Origin: Arenicella sp.
Lineage (GTDB): Bacteria; Pseudomonadota; Gammaproteobacteria; Arenicellales; Arenicellaceae
DNA: 13,746 nt
NCBI GenBank assembly: GCA_016763815.1
Contig: JAESTB010000548.1
Coordinates: 1-13,746 of the forward strand
Direction: 5' to 3'
How positions within the stretch are numbered: the stretch's first letter is position 1; every line of letters begins with the position of its first letter. Below are positions 1 to 8,400 of this stretch, in pieces. Under the pieces are notes generated by a model that had not been told where the DNA came from, did no database searches, and was given only the letters and a program-made list of their open reading frames with translations. The translations under genes and the position numbers were made by a program.

Positions 1-768
1 CATTACAGCCATCATATCAATGCCGGTAAGCCGACTTTAGTGTTGTCTAATTCTTTAGGTACAACCATGGATATGTGGCATCCGCAACTCACTGAATTTA
101 AAAAGAACTTTAGTGTATTGAGCTACGACAGTCGCGGTCATGGTGGTTCCGATGTTACGCCCGGCGGCTACTCGATGGACCGTTTGGGATGTGATGTTAT
201 CGAATTGTTAGACCACCTAAAACTCGACAAAGTACTGTTTTGCGGTTTGTCTATTGGTGGCATGACGGCACAGTGGCTGGCCGCCTTTTACCCGCAGCGA
301 ATTCACGCATTAGTGATGGCCAATACAGCCGCGCAAATTGCGCCTGCATCGTTGTGGCAAGATCGTATAGACCATGTGCAAGAACAGGGCTTAATAAGTA
401 TTTGGCCTGGCATATTAGCGCGCTGGGTATCCGACGACTTTTCGGCTAAAAGCCCTGAAAACGTAGCGTTGTTGAAGGCCATGTTTGAGTCCATTAGTGC
501 GGCTGGTTATTCCGGTTGTTGTGCGGCAATTAGAGACATGGATATGCGTAATTTAGCGCAATTAAATGACTTACCAACCTTGCTTATCGCCGGTACTAAA
601 GACTTGGCCACGCCGGCGTCGGAGTCTGAGTTTTTACTCAGTCATTACCGCGATGCGACACTGGTGAAACTTGATGCAGGGCATCTATCAAATATCGAAC
701 AAGCACAAGATTTTAATCAAAATGTGCTGAAATTTTTACTTAATTTTGATTGTTCAGGTAAGCAATGA
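1..768 (+). CDS. pcaD: 3-oxoadipate enol-lactonase-like alpha/beta hydrolase, 5-prime truncated by the window edge
   Basis: Frame 1 is open from nt 1 (HYSHHINAGKPTLVLSNSLGTTMDMW...), so the GTG at 40 in the ORF track is not a real start. It has a GLSIGG nucleophile elbow (GxSxG), a late Asp (IAGTKDLATP) and a His (DAGHLSN), as expected for the catalytic triad. The sequence is colinear by eye with Pseudomonas PcaD (VLSNSLGT, RGHG, NTAA, IAGT.D..TP, HLSN). Stop is TGA at 766-768. Confidence 0.7.
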   Translation, partial: HYSHHINAGKPTLVLSNSLGTTMDMWHPQLTEFKKNFSVLSYDSRGHGGSDVTPGGYSMDRLGCDVIELLDHLKLDKVLFCGLSIGGMTAQWLAAFYPQRIHALVMANTAAQIAPASLWQDRIDHVQEQGLISIWPGILARWVSDDFSAKSPENVALLKAMFESISAAGYSGCCAAIRDMDMRNLAQLNDLPTLLIAGTKDLATPASESEFLLSHYRDATLVKLDAGHLSNIEQAQDFNQNVLKFLLNFDCSGKQ

Positions 769-973
769 AATCGAACCATTACTGACTAAAAACCTCTTTC
801 AATGAGTAAATGTTCAACATTGAGATGACTTAAGTGAATCGAAAAAACCAATCAAACTGGCTTGCTGCTTACCTCTTTCGTGTTTTTTGATGTCTGTTTT
901 TGGCTTATCTAGCGCATCGATTCTACTACTCAGTAACTAACTAAAAATGTGTATGAAATAGGCGAATGTCAAC

Positions 974-1013
974 ATGATACTAAAATCATCAATAATTATA
1001 TATTTAGTATCAT
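974..1013. promoter_or_regulatory. Perfect 11-bp inverted repeat ATGATACTAAA-N18-TTTAGTATCAT; candidate operator overlapping an AT-rich promoter region
   Basis: Read directly from the sequence. Bases 974-984 are the exact reverse complement of 1003-1013. The 18-nt spacer (985-1002) is almost pure A/T and contains TATATT-like -10 candidates. The repeat lies about 80-115 nt upstream of the DUF485/actP start. The half-sites GATACT/AGTATC resemble the Pseudomonas-type PaaX box half-sites (GATACA/TGTATC, recalled from memory). Confidence 0.45.
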
Positions 1014-1089
1014 TTATATTTTTAACGTGTTAGATTTGAGAAATCGTGATTTCGAGACGATCTAGCTAACCCCGAATTAAAAGGCAGAA

Positions 1090-1386
1090 ATGATTTTGAA
1101 TAGTAATCCGGCATTTAGAAAACTTCTTAAGTTGCGTTCAAGAGTACGTTTTACTCTTGCCGCTCTGCTCGTGCTAGTTCACGCTTTTTTCGTAGGTGGA
1201 ATAGCGTTCTATAACGATCTTTTTGCTCGCCCATTGCAAGATGGGGGCACATTAACGATTGGCATTTTGGCCGCGGTGGTCGTGATTATAGCGATGGTAT
1301 TGCTTGAGTGGGTGTACATATTCATTAGCGAAAAGTGGCTGGACCCAATGCAGCAAAAAGTTCTAAGTGGTGAACATAATGATTAA
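1090..1386 (+). CDS. DUF485 small inner-membrane protein (YjcH family), partner of the ActP-type symporter
   Basis: The 98-aa protein has two predicted TM helices (FTLAALLVLVHAFFVGGIAF and LTIGILAAVVVIIAMVLLEWVYIF). Its size and pattern match E. coli YjcH. Its stop overlaps the start of the downstream ActP-family gene (ATGATTAA, 8-nt overlap), the same arrangement as yjcH-actP. Confidence 0.8.
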   Translation: MILNSNPAFRKLLKLRSRVRFTLAALLVLVHAFFVGGIAFYNDLFARPLQDGGTLTIGILAAVVVIIAMVLLEWVYIFISEKWLDPMQQKVLSGEHND

Positions 1387-3004
1387 TAAATTACTATGTT
1401 CACTTCTTTTGGTCATGGTCAGCGCGAATGCTTGGGCCGCTGCTGAGTCTCAGAGTGGCAATACTTCGGCTATCATTATTTTCGTCGCGTTCGTAGCTGC
1501 CACCTTGTGGATTAGTTATTGGGCTTCTAGCCGGACCAACTCCAGCTCCGCTTTTTACACTGCAGGCGGAAATATTACCGCAGGCCAAAACGGAACGGCT
1601 ATCGCCGGTGACTTCATGTCCGCCGCGTCATTTTTGGGTATTTCCGGCCTTATCTTCACCGCTGGCTTCGACGGTTTGATCTTAGCCATCGGGGCGCTAG
1701 CAGGGTGGCCGATCATGTTGTTTTTAATGTCTGAGCGTATTCGTAACCTCGGCCGTTACACGATCACTGATGTCGTTTCCTATAGGCTGCAACAACGGCC
1801 AATTAGAATGATCGCAACCTTAGGGACTATCTCAGTAATCATTTTCTATTTGATCGCGCAAATGGTTGGCGCCGGAAAACTGGTCGAATTGCTCTTCGGT
1901 ATTCCCTATACGGTTTCTGTCGCGATGGTTGGAGTCTTAGTCATTATTTACGTCACCGCAGGAGGCATGTTAGCGACTACTTGGGTGCAAATTATTAAAG
2001 CTATTCTACTTTTGAGCGGCGCCGCTTTGATGTGTGTGCTGGCCTTAGTAGCGTTCAACTTTAATCTCGATAGCTTGTTCGCAAAAGCGGTCGAGGTTCA
2101 TCCGCGCGGCGAATTAATAATGCAGCCGGGCAGTATTTTCTCTGACCCAATACAGGCGATTACGATTGCTGTTTCGATGATGTTCGGAACCCTTGGCTTG
2201 CCACATGTGCTCATGCGCTTGTTTACGGTCCCAGATATGAAAGCGGCGAAGAAATCTGTGTTTTATGCGTCGAACATGATGGCGCTATTTTACATAATGA
2301 CAATTTTGATTGGCTTTGCCACCATCGCGTTTATAAGCGGTGATCCGCAATATTATACTGATGGAAAACTGATTGGCGGCAGCAACGTAGCGGCGATTCA
2401 TTTAGCGCATGCGTTGGGTGGCGACTTACTTATGGGGTTTATGTCGGCGGTTGCATTCTCGACAATTCTAGCGGTTGTCGCCGGTTTGACGGTGGCGGGT
2501 TCGGCCGCGATTTCACATGACATATACGCCGAACTCTTAAGCAAAGGAAAGCCAGACCCGCGTAAAGAAATGTTTATTTCCAGAATTACCGTGGTGGTTT
2601 TGTGCAGTGTTGCCGTGGGACTTGGCGTTTTGTTTCAAAACCAAAATGTTGCCTTCATCGCGGTAATGCCGATGGTGATCTCGGCGAGTGTGAATTTCCC
2701 GATTCTAATTCTAGCCATGTATTGGCGAGGGTTTACCACTCGCGGCGCGGTGATCGGTGGGCTAGTGGGCTTCGTATCTTCAATCGCTTTGATTGTTGGT
2801 GGGCCAAAAGTGTGGGTCAGTATTATTGGCGCTGAGGCGCCACTCTTTCCATACGATTATCCCGCGTTGTTCACCATGACCGCCGCTTTTATCACCATGG
2901 TTGTCGTTTCAATAACTGATCGCAGTGCGGCTTCGGTTCAAGATAGAGCGCTATTTGATAAGCAGTTAGTGGTGGCGGAGTTAGCCAGTAACAAGAAGAT
3001 GTAG
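1379..3004 (+). CDS. Sodium:solute symporter family monocarboxylate permease (ActP / PaaL-PhaJ-like); candidate phenylacetate importer
   Basis: Strongly colinear by eye with E. coli ActP (YYTAGGNIT..QNG.AIAGD.MSAASFLGISGL, RNLGRYT..DV.SYRL, AQMVGAGKL.ELLFG, GGMLATTWVQIIKA, GLPH.LMR.FTV, AVAF.TILAVVAGL, FPY.YPALF). I place the start at ATG 1379 (MINKLL..., signal-like N-terminus as in ActP, GGTGA 5 nt upstream) rather than at the track GTG 1367. Confidence 0.9.
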   Translation: MINKLLCSLLLVMVSANAWAAAESQSGNTSAIIIFVAFVAATLWISYWASSRTNSSSAFYTAGGNITAGQNGTAIAGDFMSAASFLGISGLIFTAGFDGLILAIGALAGWPIMLFLMSERIRNLGRYTITDVVSYRLQQRPIRMIATLGTISVIIFYLIAQMVGAGKLVELLFGIPYTVSVAMVGVLVIIYVTAGGMLATTWVQIIKAILLLSGAALMCVLALVAFNFNLDSLFAKAVEVHPRGELIMQPGSIFSDPIQAITIAVSMMFGTLGLPHVLMRLFTVPDMKAAKKSVFYASNMMALFYIMTILIGFATIAFISGDPQYYTDGKLIGGSNVAAIHLAHALGGDLLMGFMSAVAFSTILAVVAGLTVAGSAAISHDIYAELLSKGKPDPRKEMFISRITVVVLCSVAVGLGVLFQNQNVAFIAVMPMVISASVNFPILILAMYWRGFTTRGAVIGGLVGFVSSIALIVGGPKVWVSIIGAEAPLFPYDYPALFTMTAAFITMVVVSITDRSAASVQDRALFDKQLVVAELASNKKM

Positions 3005-3052
3005 TTAAAAAATAAAAAAATAATTATTAATAAGTAAAATAGAGGAGTGATT

Positions 3053-5329
3053 ATGAAATTTGCAATAGGCAGTAAACCCAAGCTAAGCTCGCTTGCTATT
3101 GGTGTGGGGTTAGCAATGACGGCCGCCACGCCGGCATTGGCGAAGCAACAGCTTGAAGAAATAATTGTTACAGCGCAGTATCGCGCGCAAAGCATTCAAG
3201 ATGTTCCAATTTCGATCACGGCTATTGGCTCAGAAGAGTTAGAGGCCGCTAATATCTTTGATGCCGGATCTTTGGCCGTTAATGTACCCGGTTTATCGTA
3301 TGGAGAGTTTGCACCTGGACAGGCATTAATTTCATTGCGAGGTGTTAATTCGGCAGACGACGGAGCCGGCTTAGATAATTCAGTGGCGTTATTTTTGGAT
3401 GGCGTTTACATCGGTCGTGGTGCAGGAATTAATTTTGACCTATTTGACCTTGAACGTATCGAGGTATTGAAAGGCCCGCAAGGAACATTGTTCGGTCGTA
3501 ATGCGATCGGTGGAGCAATCAGTGTTGTAACCGAAAAGCCGAGTCAAGAATTCAGCGGAAAGGCCGCTGTTACCGTTGGTAATGAGGGCATACTACGTTA
3601 TCAAGGTTTAGTCAGTGGTGGAATAACTGACAAATTATCAGGCAAGTTAGTTGTGAACCATCGAGAACACGACGGTTTTGTGCGTAATGTGCTACTTGGT
3701 TTGGATCTACAAGACGAAGACCAATCGACGGTTCGAGGCCAGTTATTGTGGGAAGGCGAGAATTCAGAGTGGTTGCTTTCAGCAGATCACTTTGAAGACG
3801 AGCGCGCTGATGCCGGACGAGTGCCAATAGCGGGCCCATTTTTTGAAAACGGAGTGGCTCCTTCAGTTGGCTTAACTGGGCCTCTACAAAATACATCGCC
3901 GGTTGAAGGTTTTAGTGACCGTGAAACGGGTGGAATTAGCTTGCAGGGCGACATCGACTTCGGTTCAGGTAAGATTACTACGATCACCGCGATTCGAAGT
4001 GTTGAAACCGATTGGGAATTACCATCTATTGGTGCTCCAATTGGGGCTGACCTAGCGGCAGGCGTTTTTGGTATTGATGTGATCGATGATATTGAAGAAG
4101 AAATAGACACTTTTTCGCAAGAGTTTCGTTGGACATCACAATCGGACAGTTCTTTTAATTATGTGGTGGGTGCCTTCTTTTTAATCGAGGATACTGATCG
4201 ACGAGAACAATTTCGTTTAGATCGTAATACTCAAGCCACCGGTCAATCTGTGGTCGGTAATGAGTATACCCGAACCGAAAATGAGACGACTAGCTATGCT
4301 CTTTACGGGCAAGGTACTTGGGATATTAACCCGAAAACGACACTGAGTTTTGGTGGTCGATACAGCCGTGATGACCGAGATTATAGAGCCTCTGCGATTA
4401 ACTGTGACGGCAGTGATGAAGCAATTGTCGCAGCCGGTTTTGCAGACAATTCGAATTGTGTGTTTGGCGGAAACCGCGTGCAAGGTAGTTTGAATATTAT
4501 CAATGAAGTGTTCATTCGAGAAGCGGATGTAGATTTTGATGACTTCTCACCAATGGCCTCATTGCAATATCGTCCGAACGAAAATACGATGTACTTTGGA
4601 ACCGTTTCGACTGGTTATAAGTCAGGTGGTTTTGCTGGCTCTCAAGGTGTTGCGTCTGCGGCGACGAACGTGGTCAACCCAGAACAAGTTACCAACTTTG
4701 AACTTGGTTTTAAAGGTGACTTTCTTGACAATACTTTGCGCTTTAATGCGACAGCATTTGTGTCTGACTATGAAGACTTGCAAGTAGTTCGCTTTGGCCC
4801 GGTACCCAATTCTGATTTTGGCTCGTTCCAGACTACCAATATTGGTAGTGCTGATTTGTCGGGTGTCGAGCTAGACTTTATTTGGTACGCAAGCGACCGC
4901 ATTAAGTTTTCAGGCAATTATGCTTACCTTGATACCGAAGCCAATGATTTGGTTCTCCAAGGTGCCAATGGTTCGTCTGATTTTTCAGGTTTAGCACTGC
5001 GCCAAGCGCCTGAGCATTCGTATAGTTTTACCGCAAACTATAATTTACCGACAGCGCATGGTGAGTATGATTTCCGTTTACAGTACAGCCATGTTGATGA
5101 ACAACACTTTGACTTTCCTACGATCACTGAAACCATTGCTGATGAAGTAGATTTACTCGATCTACGAATTAACTGGGTTTCTTCAGATGAGAAGTATCAG
5201 CTGACGTTATGGGGACAAAATGTTACCGATGAAGAATACATTACTCATGCATTTAGAATTGGCCCAGGCTCAATTGGTGTCTATGGTGCCCCCGCCACTT
5301 TTGGCGTGACCGGTACGGTTAACTTTTAG
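3053..5329 (+). CDS. TonB-dependent outer-membrane receptor (plug plus 22-strand barrel type), substrate unknown
   Basis: Signal peptide with an ALA-K cleavage site. A TonB-box/plug start follows (QLEEIIVTAQYRAQSIQDVPISITAIG), then plug motifs (RIEVLKGPQGTLFGRNAIGGAI) and the C-terminal barrel signature ending in a terminal Phe (TGTVNF). GAGGAG at 3042-3047 sits 5 nt before ATG 3053, so the track GTG at 3047 is unlikely. There is no N-terminal FecA-type signalling extension. Confidence 0.9.
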   Translation: MKFAIGSKPKLSSLAIGVGLAMTAATPALAKQQLEEIIVTAQYRAQSIQDVPISITAIGSEELEAANIFDAGSLAVNVPGLSYGEFAPGQALISLRGVNSADDGAGLDNSVALFLDGVYIGRGAGINFDLFDLERIEVLKGPQGTLFGRNAIGGAISVVTEKPSQEFSGKAAVTVGNEGILRYQGLVSGGITDKLSGKLVVNHREHDGFVRNVLLGLDLQDEDQSTVRGQLLWEGENSEWLLSADHFEDERADAGRVPIAGPFFENGVAPSVGLTGPLQNTSPVEGFSDRETGGISLQGDIDFGSGKITTITAIRSVETDWELPSIGAPIGADLAAGVFGIDVIDDIEEEIDTFSQEFRWTSQSDSSFNYVVGAFFLIEDTDRREQFRLDRNTQATGQSVVGNEYTRTENETTSYALYGQGTWDINPKTTLSFGGRYSRDDRDYRASAINCDGSDEAIVAAGFADNSNCVFGGNRVQGSLNIINEVFIREADVDFDDFSPMASLQYRPNENTMYFGTVSTGYKSGGFAGSQGVASAATNVVNPEQVTNFELGFKGDFLDNTLRFNATAFVSDYEDLQVVRFGPVPNSDFGSFQTTNIGSADLSGVELDFIWYASDRIKFSGNYAYLDTEANDLVLQGANGSSDFSGLALRQAPEHSYSFTANYNLPTAHGEYDFRLQYSHVDEQHFDFPTITETIADEVDLLDLRINWVSSDEKYQLTLWGQNVTDEEYITHAFRIGPGSIGVYGAPATFGVTGTVNF

Positions 5330-5392
5330 TCGCAGCATTAGGGTGAATCTTCGGTGGCTTGCCATCGAATGGATTTTTAATTTCAAAAATTG

Positions 5393-5418
5393 TCCCCGCT
5401 GCTTCTGGCGGGGATTTT
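5393..5418 (+). terminator. Rho-independent terminator after the TonB-dependent receptor gene
   Basis: The stem TCCCCGC (5393-5399) pairs with GCGGGGA (5408-5414), giving 7 bp of which 6 are G:C. The loop is 8 nt and is followed by TTTT (5415-5418). An A-tract (5385-5389) precedes the stem. Confidence 0.7.
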
Positions 5419-5440
5419 ACTAAACGTAAAAAACTAAAAT

Positions 5441-8400
5441 ATGCTGAATAAAACTATTGTAGAAGTAGTTGATTGGATGGGCGCAACGATGCGCCCATTT
5501 TTTTTGGGTTTGTTATCAGCGCTGGCGTTAAGCGCTGGTTCGTCGGTGGCTTCCGAAGGTAGCGTTACCTCGCCGGACGTGTCTGTAACTCAGGGCGCTG
5601 ACTTAACGGATGCTCTAGAGGGCACGACCATCTACCGAGATGAATATGGTACCCCTCATGTTGTTTCTGACAGCAACTATGGGGTCTATTTTGGCTACGG
5701 ATATGCGGTGGCGACAGACCGATTATTCCAAATGGAAATGCTTAGACGGACGGCAGAAGGTCGTGTGGCTGAAGTATTAGGCCGTAAATATCTTGATCTG
5801 GATAAACACCTGCGCACTGCTTATGACCATCGTGCCGTGAGCCGGCAACTAAACGAGCTAGACGATCAAGACAGAGACGTTTTGCAGGCCTATGCTGCAG
5901 GTTTTAGCAAGCGGGTGAGTGAGGTGCTTAGCGCACAAGCGACACTGCTACCAAAAGAATTTATGGATTATGGGTTTTTGCCGCAGAAATGGAGCTCCTA
6001 TGACGTGGCGATGATTTTTGTTGGGTCTATTATCCATCGTTATTCCGACTTTAATTCCGAGTTAGACAATCTAAGTTTGTTGACCAGTTTGAGCAAGTTG
6101 CATGGCGTAGAAAAGGCTCAGAAAATATTTGATGCGTCTAAATGGTTGGTCGACCCAAGCTCACCAACAACCGTACCGCGAGACCAACCCACCCAAGCCG
6201 CCGCTGTTTCGGCCGTCGTATCTGATACACCATTGAATGCCACACATGCTTGGAATACTCAGCAGCCTCTGGGCGAAGTGCAGACAACGCGAGTGGTGTT
6301 AGACAAAAATGGCAGGTTTCTAGGCACCACTAATGATCCGAAAATGCAAGCTATCGCGGATCAACAACTCGCTGAGTACGGTTTTATTGGCCCAGAATAT
6401 CAAGCGGCGAGCAATTTTTGGTCAGTCAGCGGCAGTAGACTAAGCAATGCCGATGGTGCCCTGGTAAACGGCCCGCAGTTTGGCTTTGGTTTGCCTTCGT
6501 ATGTGTATAGCATTGGTTTACATGGAGGCGATTTTGATTTGGTCGGCAACACGCTATTAGGCTTACCGTCGATGTTATTTGCGCATAACAATAATGTCAG
6601 TTGGGGAAGTACCGCCGGTATGAGTGACCAGGTCGACGTGTACCGGGAACAACTGATTAACAATAAGCCGGAACATTATCGGCATGACAATCAAGATAAA
6701 AAGTTTGAGACTTGGATTGAAACGATCAAGGTTAAGGGTGAAGCCGACGTCGCGGTGACCGCACGGCGTTCAGTTCATGGCATGGTCGTCTCAATGGACC
6801 GTGAAAGTGGTACCGCCTATACCCGCGCTAGAGCATGGGAGGGTGCCGAAGTTCAAACTCTAATGGCCTGGGTGAACTTATCGAAAGATAAAACCATGGA
6901 CGCTGTCCAATCACGCTTGAGCGGCGTGGCGGCTAATATCAATTTTTATTATATGGATGTAAAAGGCAATTTGGGCTACACCCATGGCGGCCGCTATCCG
7001 CGGCGTGCTGATTCTCACGATTCACGAATTCCTGCTGAGGGTTCTGGCCGCGATGATTGGTTGGGTTTTCGTCCCTATTCAGACAGCCCGAATGTGCGTA
7101 ATCCTGATCAAGGTTATATTGTCAATTGGAATAATCGACCTGCTGCAGGTTGGCCTACCAGTGATTTATGGACCTACACATGGAGCGAAGCCGATCGTTC
7201 TAAGCATATTGTGAATGAGATTAATTCATCCGCAAAGATGACGACAGATGACGTTTGGGCTATTACTGAACAGGTTAGCTATAAAGATGTATCGGCGGTT
7301 TTTTTATTGCCTTACTTGACTAAGGCGGTGTCGGCAGTAGTTCTGAGTTCTGACTCTAAAAAGGCATTCGAAATTGTCGAGAACTGGGATCGCGAATGGC
7401 GACTTGAAGCGAATGGAGAATACGGTGCCGCTGAGTTAATAGTCGAAAGTTGGACTAAACGTCTGTTTGAAAATGTCTTTAAAGACGATATAGGTGAAGA
7501 TAAATACGCACTGTATGCGGCGACCAATAACCCGAATAAGCCGCTTGGCCCATCGATGGGTTCCAGTGTTGGCTCGAAGGTGATATTACGTAACTTGACT
7601 TCCCTGGAGAGCGGTACCAATGATTATGATTTTTTCAACGGGGAAACGCCCGCTAAGGTTTTGTCACGGAGCTTTATCGAAACAATCGAAGCTCTGATTG
7701 CGGAGCATGGTAGTGACACCTCAACGTGGACATTAGCGGCGGCACCTATGACTTGGAAACCATACAATTTTCGCGGTGTGCCTCAAGCGTCTGAAGACCG
7801 CTTAGTATCGTTGCCAGCCTATATGAATAGAGGCAGCGAAAACAATTTCTTTGTGGCTAAAGATGGCCGATTTGTAGCCTTTGATGTGAACCCACCTGGG
7901 CAGAGCGGTTTTGTGGCTGCGGATGGAACCGCTGCAAAACATAGTGAAGATCAGGTGGACTTATACTCTACGTATGGAACTAAAGTGCTGCCGTTTACAA
8001 TTGAAGAAATCAAAGCAGCAGCCGTAACAATAGAGATCTTGAATCATGATTCTAAGCCTGAAGTGCCCAAAGCCGGTGCAGGTTTTAAGAGCTCAAGCAA
8101 TTTGCTTGAGCAAATGCAGGTCACTTTTGAGCGAGCCGAGAGCGTTAAAAATCTAGGCGCCTTTATACATCTCGATAATGCGGTGGCTCTGGCGTCTGCG
8201 CATAGCGCTCAGGCCGCGCTTGATGCGGGTAAAACAGTCGGCGCTTTGCATGGTGTGCCGATTGTTGTTAAGGATAATATCCATGTCGCGGGAATGCCCA
8301 ACTCCGCGGGTACACCGGCACTTAAAGGCTTTATGCCGCAAGACAATAATCCTGCGGTTCAACGGCTACTCGATGCCGGCGCGATTGTTATCGGTAAAAC

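Noticed and set aside
799-823. A weak stem-loop TCAATG-N13-CATTGA after pcaD, considered as a possible terminator
   Set aside because: The stem is only 6 bp and AT-rich, the loop is large, and there is no trailing U-tract. The structure is not convincing as a terminator.
890-940. A 16-codon hydrophobic micro-ORF (MSVFGLSSASILLLSN) in the 769-1089 intergenic region
   Set aside because: It has no Shine-Dalgarno sequence and no recognisable leader-peptide logic. It is indistinguishable from chance in AT-rich DNA.
3005-3052. An extremely A/T-rich 48-nt spacer between actP and the receptor gene, considered as an internal promoter or an insertion scar
   Set aside because: I found no -35/-10 pair with acceptable spacing and no flanking repeats. 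It most simply serves as an unstructured spacer carrying the strong GAGGAG ribosome-binding site.
3612-4483. Antisense ORFs of 94, 107 and 88 aa within the TonB-dependent receptor gene
   Set aside because: They are fully nested opposite a CDS with clear family motifs. They have no start context or homology signal and are typical shadow ORFs.
5441-8041. Reading the N-terminal half as an AHL (quorum-quenching) acylase, a PvdQ-like acylase or a cephalosporin acylase
   Set aside because: The sequence tracks E. coli penicillin G acylase motif by motif (RDEYG.PH, DRLFQMEM, SN.W, NGPQFG, WGSTAG, NWNN, PGQSGF), and the genomic context is phenylacetate catabolism. AHL activity cannot be excluded without an assay, but it is the less parsimonious call.
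8000-8150. The possibility that the fusion is a pseudogene or assembly artefact joining two genes
   Set aside because: There is no frameshift, stop codon or RBS-plus-start at the junction. The linker has a typical interdomain composition, and both halves keep intact catalytic residues. This still requires read-level confirmation, and it is listed as the refutation test for the main finding.
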